From NCBI GenBank assembly GCA_012295275.1, contig CM022670.1, positions 31,372,001 through 31,436,000 of the forward strand: a DNA stretch of 64,000 bases. The letters run 5' to 3'. Made by a program: the position numbers and the translations under genes. The notes below the pieces were generated by a model. The model worked only from the letters and a program-made list of their open reading frames with translations. It searched no databases and was not told where the DNA came from. Source of the stretch: Chrysomallon squamiferum. Lineage: Eukaryota; Animalia; Mollusca. Positions 49,601 to 61,168 of this stretch are shown piece after piece; within the stretch, counting starts at the first letter, position 1; every line of letters starts with the position of its first letter.

Positions 49601-52600
49601 ATCTACATTTTTTCACATGTATCTGATGATGGTATTTTTTGGTGAAGGAGCAGGTTACATTTATCTCAGATACAGATAATATTTGTATATGTGAGAACAT
49701 ACACCAAACTTGACCATATTTGTATAACTGAAAAAAATAATGTAAAAATTCTGAAATGATTTTTCAACATCTGAGTATATCTAGCAAAACCTTATACTGA
49801 AGTATACAATGTAACTCAAAATATACTTCAGAAACTCAGAAACTTCTCTATATCTTGAAACATATATTGAAATTGATAATATACATCATAAACTCAAATG
49901 GATATATTTATTACTTCATAGTGAAGCATATACTGAAACTAAGAACACACCTAAGAAACATGTAAAATTGGATAACTTCAGTATATTTACCAAAACACAG
50001 TTTTACAATGAAGTTTATATTGAAACTAAGAGCAGACATCAGAAATAGGTAATATTTGTATTTTTCAGTGCATCCACCAATTCACAATTCTTGCTGAAAT
50101 ATATATAGTCAGTAAAAACAAAAACTCATTAATATTTCAGTATATTTACTAATTCATAGTTCTATACTGAAGTACATAATGGTAACATAGAGACTGGGAT
50201 AATACTTCAAATACATCTACCAGCATCACAACTGTGTGCAATGAAACTGAGAAGAGAATAAAAAGTACACACTTGTCCAAACAGGCAGTATGACAGTGAC
50301 GAGAGCCAGTCTGGACTGGAGCAGTAAACATGGTAGACATATTTATTTAGAAAAGAGAACCATCTTATCTATACTGCCATCTCAGACCACACGCAGCTTT
50401 TCTTTAATACTGCTATAAATGCCAATTGGTGAAAAGCAGATCAGATTATATACCAGCATTTCTTTCAGGACTAGTTTGCTTGGCCAAAAATAGTTACCTT
50501 TTTTCACTCTCTTTTTTCTTTTTTTTTTTCTTTTTTTCTCCTCTGACTCTCTATTCTTTTTCATTTTTTTAAAAATGTTTTTAAAATTTTATTTTTTAAA
50601 GCAGTTAACTATCTGTAATTCTGTCCTCAGGTTTGGGAATTTCCTTCTTTTTTTTCTTCTTTTTTTTGAACTGTAAAGTATGGATAGAACAGAAATGCCA
50701 CACACACAAAGCAGTTTGTTGCCTGAGAGGCCAGGATTTCAAATGAACACAGAGAGTTGTTGTAGATTAAACATATGGTGTATTTGCAATTGTTTCCTCT
50801 GAGTGAAATGGTTAAAAACCTGCTGCAGGTTTAGCAATTCTTGAAAGAATGTTTTGTGCATGGGAGTTGTTTGTTGTTTATCAGGAGCTCAAGTTGGAAA
50901 ATCACTTTAGAATTTCTTGCTTAATGTTGGAGAAAGGCATTAAATAAGACTAATGTGCCTCCATTTTCACAATCATGACACTTTAATGGGGTTCGTGAAT
51001 AAAATCATATACAATTGTTTAATTCTTCTGTCTTTTTTCTTTTCATTTTTTGCAAACAAAGATAATCTTTTGTGTATTCAAAACATTAAATACTTACATT
51101 AAATAACGGAGTATTTAATCTTTATTATTTTTTTAAAACGGCTGTTTTAAATTTTCTTCTTTTTTTTTTTAAATCCATGAATCACTGTTTTTTTTTTTTT
51201 TTCAAGAAATACAAAGATTTAAAGATTAAGACAGAAGAAAATAAAAATGTTTTATAAATATTATTATGAGGAAATATAAAAGATTTGCAATCAAGCAATA
51301 AACTTTAAATACTGACAGTTTTTTTCATAAGATAATAGTTGCCATTTTAAGTTTTAATGAAAATATATAAAGACTGTTTTTTGGTGGTTTTTTTATATAA
51401 AATGCTATAACTGGCATTCTGAACTACATTTCAAATTCTCTTTGAAAAAGTTCAGGAAAAAGGAATTATTGTTAAACTTTATTTTGTCAGTTTTCCTAAA
51501 ATATTGTTATATTTATCATTATTATTATTATTATTATTATTTCACCTATATATATATTATTATTATTTGATGCTTGATGTTGTAGTAATGATAGTGGTTG
51601 TGATAGTAGTGGTAGCAGTGTTACCAGTAGCAGCAGTAGTAATGATTGTGATGTTAGTAGTAGTGACAATGGTGAGTTGGTGATAGTAGTAGCAATAGCA
51701 TATGTAGTAATCATAATATTAATATTTTAAATAATTATTATTTATTATTATATTATTACTTATAGTATACAGAGTAAGAAAAGAAAAAACTTCCAGTAAG
51801 TCTCTTGTTAGGTACTGAGTATTGTAAGTGTTTAGACAAAATGGCTGAATCAGATAATCATCATTGTGATATTTCACTCTTCTGGAATTCTTGTTTGACC
51901 TCTTTCTGTACGAGTATCAAAATAATGCTCTTAACTAACAAGACTGGGAAATTGCTTAAGTAATCTTGTTGAGCATACACTTTATTAGAGTTGTAGGTAT
52001 GTAAATGAATGACTGGGTTGTTTATTAATGAAATAAATTAATTAACATATATATTTTCTTTATTTATTTTGATAATAAATCCTATTGCTTTTCATCATTG
52101 TTTTTTTTATATTTATATTTATATATATATATAATCTTTGTTTCTGTTTTGTTTTTTTGTGCTATTATTTTTATTACATGTAATATCAACAACAAAACAA
52201 GAAGAAACGCAAGTAGACAATTACATATCAAAGATAAAGAATCATGGTAAGTGCTGACAAGTCTAGGGGCTAATTATTAAAGTGTTTTTTTCACCAATCA
52301 AATGCAGCAGGTTTTTTTAATTACATCATATATTACATAACAATCATATATTTAACACATAAAACATGCTGAGATATAAAAATATTCATTCATTTACTTA
52401 TACTAGGAATACTATGATTAACTCACATTCAACAACTGAACAATAAGGGTCAACACTAGGTCAAAAAAAAAAAAAAAAATGAAGTAAAACCATGGCAAAT
52501 CATTGCCAAACCAAAGCTATTTTACTTTTTTTTGAAACCAAAGTCATCAGTTTGGCAATCATCATGGAACAAGTTTTTAACATATCAAAAAGGTTTTTAT

Positions 52601-55583
52601 ACAGAGTAAAAGCAAACCAGATGGTATCAAAAAAATGTTGTATTAAGTTATAACATTAAAAAACTATTTGGCATTTGTCATATAAAATGGATACCTCATG
52701 ATGAAAGCAGAAGAGGACAGAGTTCATGGCTGTCAAAAAATTACAGTCTACAACAAAATGTGACAGGAAATCAGAGAAAAGAAAACAAAAAAAGAATGAA
52801 ATTTTGTTTTATATAATTTTCTTTCTGCCAATATGAAACAGCTGTAAATGAAAGATTTTAAATTAATGGTTTTTTACGTTGATATTGTTGTGCACAATAC
52901 AAAAGTTTTAACCAAAGATATTCTGATGTGCTTGAAAAGTTTGAAGTAAGATTTATGAATATGAAACTTGTGTTTCATCTCTATTTCATGTAATTTGAAA
53001 AGCTGCTCTATGTATTTGGTACATTTTGGATTATCAGAGATTCTCAAAGGGTGTGCCCAGGTGCACTGGTGTATCCAGAGACATGCTTAGGTTGCCCCAC
53101 GACACGCTCATACTTCTCATCAGCACAAAATAGATGATGAATAAAGGTATATACTGACACAAGGGCAGTAACTCTAAATATATCAGTGAACATCTCTCAC
53201 ACAAGGGTGGTAACTCTAAATATATCAGTGAACATCTCTCACACAAGGGTGGTAACTCTAAATATATCAGTGAACATCTCTCACACAAGGGCAGTAACTC
53301 TAAATATATCAGTGAACATCTCTCACACAAGGGTGGTAACTCTAAATATATCAGTGAACATCTCTCACACAAGGGTGGTAACTCTAAATATATCAGTGAA
53401 CATCTCTCACACAAGGACAGTAACTCTAAATATATCAGTGAACATCTCTCACACAAGGGTGGTAACTCTAAATATATCAGTGAACATTTCTCACACAAGG
53501 GCAGTAACTCTAAATATATCAGTGAACATCTCTCACAGAAGAAAAACAAACAGTACAGATTCCAGACAAGAACTGATTATATGCGAAATGATGAAGAATC
53601 TGACATAGATGCAGACAATGAGGAACCTCGGCAGCCTGCTCTGCAACTGATTCAGCTGCAATATCATTCTTTCAGTTATTTCTGTATTTTTTTTACATTT
53701 TGCATTATATTTTGTATGTAGGGTGCCCACAATGTTATTTAAGGCTTTGAGTGTGCCCCAACTTCAAAAAGTTGTACAGATGCATTTACGAATATATATA
53801 TGCATGTCGCTATTTGAATATGAGTGCATTAGTATGTGTATGTGTTTATGTTTGTAAATGCTTATGGTGACAAGAATTATGTATGCATGTATTTGCTATG
53901 TATATGTCAGAGCATATGTATATATATATGCTTATATAATCTATAATTTTACATATATATGTATGAATTTGCTGATAGGTTTATATGTATCTATATGTGT
54001 ATATCAGTGAATGATAGTGAAAGTGTTATATATGTGAATGTGTGGGTGCACATGTATGTAAATATTTAAGTTGTAACCATATGATTCAAGTACAATAAGG
54101 TCTTCCTTCACTGGAGAGTGCATCCAGTGAAATAAATCTTCTCTAAATTTGTTTTCTGGTGGGAAACAAATTCTTCAAATTCACATATATTCATAACCCG
54201 ATTAAACCTTGGGAAATCAGAATATCTGTATAAATATATGTAACAATATGCAATGTGCACAAACACACAGACAGTCAGACAAAAACATTGCCTTTATAAT
54301 GACATCTATCAGTATGTTCCTCTAATAACAAATATGGCTGACAGTAAAAAAGGATATGGTTAAGACACTGAAGCGTGTACAGTTAGCTGATAGTTCACTT
54401 CACCTACAGTAAGCCTTGTGTGTACTTGTAAAAATCGATATAATCAGACTTACCTAGTTTTTACATGCATCTAATTATGACAGATTTATTAACTGTTAAA
54501 ATGTGTTCCAACTATAAATTAATATTTAAAATTTTAAAATAAATATATTAAAAATAAATAAATAAATCAAATTAAAATAAATTAATTAATTATATAATTA
54601 AATTAAATTAATAAGAAAAAGAATTGAAAATTATTTTTTATCATAAGTGAAGAGGAACAGAGAATCATAATATTTTTTTCATTATTTTTTTTTAATTTTT
54701 TTTTTTCCTGCCATCATGTTAAAAGTTCTTTTCACAAAATTCAATTAAGATTTCTGTAAAGGACTTATCTTTTTATCATCAAAATGTAAATGATTCATTT
54801 ACCTGAAGATAAAACACAACAGTAAATTGCTAAAACTGAAGAAAAAGAAGGAAATTTAAAAAAAGGGGAAAAGGCTAAAATTTGTACATAATAATAAAAT
54901 ATAAAATTAAAATACAAAAAAAAATTAAAATCTACAAATACATTAAAGAATAACAGAAAGCATAAAAGTTTTTAGCATACATCGTAAAAAGTGTACTTCA
55001 GTTATGTGTGAAAAAAGCCAGAGGCAAGTCTATAGTTAGAAGTTAGAAAAGAGAAAATTCCATATGCCTGGTTTCTGGGTGGTCTCACTGTTGCTTCTTC
55101 TATAGGCATGCCTGCTGCTGCTAACCAGGTCAGCTGCCCTTCTGGCCTGACACTGGCCTGCTGGACAGGCAGGCCTCTCCCTATCAAATGAATGTCCAGC
55201 TCTTACTCAATCACTGTACATTTGTTGAATATAAGAGATATTTTTTATTTTTTACTTTTTTTTGGCAGGGATAAAAGTGATGTTAAGTTTGATTAAATAT
55301 AGTGATAGCCTGGTCAGTCCTGAGTGTATTCTAAACATAAAGTGTGGGTTATTTACATTCTTTCTAGTTACATATAAAGATTATATGAGTCAGAGAACAA
55401 ATATGTCAAATAAAAATCTTTTTTAAATGTTGATTTTTTATGGGGGGTTTTGGGGGGGTTAATGTTTTAATAATGAAATCAAAAAACTAGTTTTTAAATT
55501 CTTTAAATATAAGAATATTTTTATAATGAATGAATGTTTGTTTAACAATATATCAACATTTTTATGAATTGTGATAAGGTGTC

Positions 55584-55636
<53 letters not shown>

Positions 55637-58600
55637 AGAGGAGAATGAATTTATCCACACCACCCTGCAGCTGATTTTTTCTAATTTTATCTGAATCTTC
55701 CCATACTACAAGAAAGCATGTGATGTCTTTGATAAACAAGTCATGGGACATTTGAACAACATTTTTGTAAATTACACAAAATCTTTGTTTCAGATCCTTC
55801 TGAAGTGTAGAAAGGAAATGTTTGTTGAATAACATGTACAGAATTGTCCTGACACCGTCTAAGAGAACATTAAAGAACAGTTTGTAACATACAGTGTTCT
55901 CTATGTGAGGCAGGAGAACACCTACCACAATAATTGCTGTTACAGAAATTGTAGGCTGCTCTGAATGTGAGGTAAGGTAAAAGGTTTCAAGTTCTATTAT
56001 TTCATTATTTACAGAAGCATCAATAAAAATCTGAACGGTTTATCTTATTGCCTCTGACCAATCAGAACATACACAAACTTTAATTAATTAATTAATTTAA
56101 AAAAATAACTCTTGCCAAAACAACATTCTCAAAGTTCATATGTTTCATATATAGAAACATAAAATATATAAATAAATAAAAACATTGTGATTAAAAAATA
56201 TATTTCTCTCTCTGTATATAGAGATTTTTGTCATACATCAAGTGAACATTTCTAATATGGTAATGACTTTGTAGTTTGTGGTAAGTCTAGCAACACCATA
56301 TACCACCCACATTTTACACAATAAAGCTAGAGTTTCCCATAAAGCAGTGCTACAGGGATAGAAGATTTACAATCAGTACAGGCACTTGGTATCAAAGGCC
56401 TCAAGTAAAAGACCATATGGACAAATGCTTCAACTGTTCATGATTTCTACATCACTGTGTTTGCCAGAGTGCTGAAGTCTCATTTTTAACATATTGGAAT
56501 AAAATAGTATGTTGTGTAATTATTATTATTATTTTTTTTTATTTGGCCTCCATGATAGTTTAAAAAGAAGAAAGTAAAAAAATCTGTGTCTTTCTCAAGT
56601 TTTACTGTTCATGATTTCTAAAACATTATTTTCAAAAATCTCATTTTTAACATATTGCTATAAAATTGGTTTGGTTAGTAATTTATAAAATGGCTTCCAT
56701 ATTATTTCAAATTAAGGAGGAAACACCAATGTTTTACTTTTAAACATTTTGAAAATGTTAGATTTCCCAATATGTACACTGTTTATCACGTTAATAAATG
56801 AAGTAAATTTGCAGCATACATACACAAACTCACTCAACTCATAAGCAAAGACACACTAACACATACAAATATAAATATATATACACAGAAAGATAAACAA
56901 AGAAATTCATATATAAATAAACACACACACACAAAGAAACAAACTTCCTATACAAATGAAAACATAAACACAGAGAAAAAACAAATTCTTTCATATTGAA
57001 AGAAACACAATACACAATAACATATCTATAAATAAACAAGAACACACACACACACTCATGAATATATAAAAAACAGTTTGAAAACAAAATTCTAAAAGCA
57101 GTCTCTGTGAATCTGGTTACTGTTTTTATTGACCCTCCTCCACATACTACAACAATCTACTTCTCAGTCTCAGTAATTAAATAATGGCCCTGTCTTTCTT
57201 TTTTCTTTCTTTAAAGTTTGTATTCAACAGTCAAGTGTGGCTTGTAAAACTGTTCCTAGACATTTTATGCATTTGGCAAGATTGTGCTAAAACAAGTTGA
57301 AGCCACACAACAGGCATATCAAATTTTATAGGAAAAGAAAATAACACACATCCTCTTGCCAGTGAGATAAAGGTTCTATCAACATAATTACTCAAGTACC
57401 TTCACCTCTTCGTGGGTGTCCCATGTCCAGGTAGCTAATTATTACCTGCTCAACAGAGCCAGAATTCTTAGAAATCACCAGCCGTGTCTTTAATCAGGTT
57501 TATCTAACATGCAGCCCTTGTTGAGTCTTGGACAAAAAATGTCTGTTTTAACACACACCAAAACACTCTTTTATTTTATTTTTATTTCATTTTAATACTT
57601 TTGGTTGTTTTGTTGTTGTTGTTTTTGTTTGGGTTTTTTTCTTTTTTCTTTTTTCGTGGTTTTTTTTCTTTAAGGGAGAGATTGTATCATACAAATTTAT
57701 ACATTTTTATTTTTTATATATTTTTGTTTTACAGAGTACAGGTTACATCATTCAGAGTCATACATTTTAATTTTTATTACTTTAATTCTTTTAATTTTTG
57801 TTTTTTTGTTTGGTTAAACTAGAATTTATTTTGCAGGCTTCCTTTATTTATTTATATTTATTGTTTCATTTATTTGTTTGTTTGTTTGTTTTATCTTACT
57901 TTGTTTTATTTTTGCTTTTGTTTTTTTCTTCAAATAAAGAGTTAGGGTTTTATGGTTCAAATTTTTCTTTAATTTCTTTTTTTTAATTCTTTTTCTTTAA
58001 GAAGAGAAGTTATAACATATAGATTTACTTTATTTTTATTTATTTATACCTTTGCTATAAAATATTAAAAAAATTAAAAGAGAAAAAAATTGATTTTGTT
58101 ATATCAGACAATTTGTAGTATAAACAAAAAGAATAATGCAAAATGAATCTATTCCAGTACATGTCCAAACACATCATGAAATAAGCACATTAATCATTAA
58201 TAAGATTTTCAGTGAATATAAACAGTGCTTATTTCTATGCACTTATTATTTAATGCTCAGTTTGCTCCTGATATATCAACATTCATATATACATTTATCA
58301 GCATTCCATTTTTTTTTTTCTACACAAAATACTTGATCACACAAATGTTAATAACAAAAAGAAGAATCAATGATTTTATCCAAATCACACAAGAAAAAAC
58401 CTACACACTACCTTTAAATCTTTTACCAAGCTGTCTTGTGAATAATGTGAGGAAATACCACAGGTTTATTGGAGAAATACATTAGGAAATTCACACATTT
58501 AGAATTTGGTGTGTACCACTTTTCCGCTTGTTCAAACACTGTGTTTTTCATGTGCTAAAATGTTTAGAGGAATCATCCTGGCACCTGTCATGGTAAAATG

Positions 58601-59314
58601 CAATACCACCCACTAAGCACCTTACAGGAAGCATCAAAAGATTTTCACAGATAAACACATAAACAGGCCAAGAACAACAAGCAGGCACATTTCATAAGAC
58701 TAAATTAACTGACGTTACCATTAACAAAACTTGTGTAACCTCTAACTTGTGTAGCCAATAAAAAAATAGTTTAACTTAACTATTAATAACCTTTGTTCAT
58801 CTATTCATTCATTCATTTATTTTCTGTTTTATTCAATATTTTCATACCTTTAATTATTTATTCATTCTTTCATTTACTCACTGTTTCATTCATTCATTCA
58901 TTAAAGTTGAAAACAGTTCGATGTTCTGGTTCACTCCTGATGAATGACCAAGCTCATCCTAAAAAAGGAAAACTTGGACTGACCCCTACATTCCATCTGA
59001 CAGTTTCCTAAATAAATAAAATTCCCCAGCATGGGCAGTTGGAGAAATCTGTTTCAATTTGTTGGTGGGCCACTTGAAGCAAACTGAATGTGTTATTTCA
59101 TTCATGGTGTCAAGCAGAAACAAACTCAGGTCCATGCCAAAAGTATTTTCAGAATGTTTCTCTGTAATTGGTAATGAAATTACAAACAAAGTCCTATTTT
59201 ATGACAATATTCTGGACACATTCACAGTTTCTAAAAGTGTACAGTGTGTACATAGATGCAGAAAAAATAGTTATTTCTTGTTGATTTGACACATTCCAAA
59301 AAATATTTTTATCT

Positions 59315-59385
<71 letters not shown>

Positions 59386-61134
59386 TATGTTTGATAGGCA
59401 GACTTTTCAAAAAGTCAACTGGCTTCAATCAATATATTATTTGTAACATGTTATTTGCACAGACATATATGAGTTTTGAAAGTTATAAACCATTATTAGT
59501 AATGAGACAAACTATTTTATATATACCCAAAATAAACACTCACACACACACTCACACATCACTTAAGCATGCATGTGTGTGTGTGTTTAAATCATTAATT
59601 CAATATCCCCATCAAAATTCTTGTACAAATTTAAGCAATTAAGAGCCAAATTTATAAAATCGTTTCTTGCCCCAAATGTGTATTTTACATATTAAAAAAA
59701 AAAAAAAAAAAAAAAAAATGTATTAATTCAACCGTTAATTTATTTTTTTAAAAAGGATTAGAAGAAGAAAACCTTAAAATATTTATGATGAAATTTCTGA
59801 AACATTAAAAAGAAGTAATAAAATAAATGCCTCATTTTGATACAAAGGCTTTTGCACTGTTTCTTAAAACAGTTTTGATCTCACACAGACGGTTATTTCA
59901 CCTGACATCTAATATACACATCACATTAAAATGGTCAGATCTGTTTTTATAGAAAGACATTAAACACATTTAAAAGGAAACCCATTATGATAATTATTGT
60001 AACTCACAACTTAATTAAAAACATGAAATTGTGACTTATATTTTAAAATGCTAAACCTGAATTCTAGTAATGTCTTTTGGATGTTAAAAAGGTTTTCTTT
60101 TTCCTCATGTCATACACATATGTGTAAATGCGGCTGCATATGTGCATGCTTGTGTGTCAGTGCATGTTTTTAGATGTGCATGTATGTCATTGCATGAAAT
60201 TATTTATGTTTGTGTATGTGTGCTCAGGTATGTTGTGCATGTATTTGGGTATGTGTTTATGTGTGAATATGTATTTATGTCTGTATGCATGTGTATATGC
60301 ATATGTATGGCATCAACTACATTTAAATATTTTCACATTTACACATACAGATGCACATATACATTGTTAACATACAGTAAAAATTAACTTACTTGATAAC
60401 AAAGTCAAATTCTGCTCCAACTAACATAATTATTCCTAAAAAAGTGGACACAGCCCCATGCACTACTGGTGCAAATGTATGTTCCAGAGATAAAGACATT
60501 CTTCTGTTTCGATTTCCAATAGCCGTAATAAAACCCTGAAAAATAAAACATTAAATCAAAATTAAATTAAATTAATCCAGAAAATGTAGCACTGATAACA
60601 AATTAGGTCAAAAATGAAAAATGAGAGTAGAAGAAGAAAAAGAGAAATACCAGCTGATACAATACACTGTTATTTACAGCTTCTGTTTCAATGCTAGCCT
60701 TGAAAAGTGAAATGTAATATATGAAATATAATACACATCAGAAAAACCTTTCACAGCATTTTGAAAATAATGTAATACTTCTTTGTTTTGCACTGAACGA
60801 AAACAAATTAAAGATTAAAAAATAAATAAATAACAGAACAGACTTTTTTCTTTTTCAAATATTACTGTTTGTATTAAAATAAAATTTTACACCTTTATAA
60901 TCAAAGATTTCTAAGTTTAACTTGTGATATTAATGTCTTTATGGTTTCAGTTTTATGACACTGTATCAGACATTCATTTTTATCTTATAATCTAACTTAT
61001 CAATTGGTAATTTCACTGTTAATCATACTCTTTATTCATTAATATATCTCTGTGGGAATAATATTTACACAAATGCATATAACTTATACTTACTTATGTA
61101 CATAGCTACTTACTTACAAACAAATCTATGTACA

Positions 61135-61168
<34 letters not shown>

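Noticed and set aside
53158-53536. CRISPR-like array
   Set aside because: Units are contiguous with no unique spacers, there are no cas genes, and the context is eukaryotic.
53034-53608. 171-aa [14 protein letters not shown] repeat ORF (CxxC, metal-binding-like) and its 140-aa antisense ORF
   Set aside because: Both are translations of a 42-bp (3n) minisatellite with no stop in those frames; no splice context, and variation is not codon-patterned.
55542-55928. 128-aa ORF as a nested gene in the ptc intron
   Set aside because: No recognisable family, runs through a (GA)n repeat, and has no ATG start or convincing exon chain.
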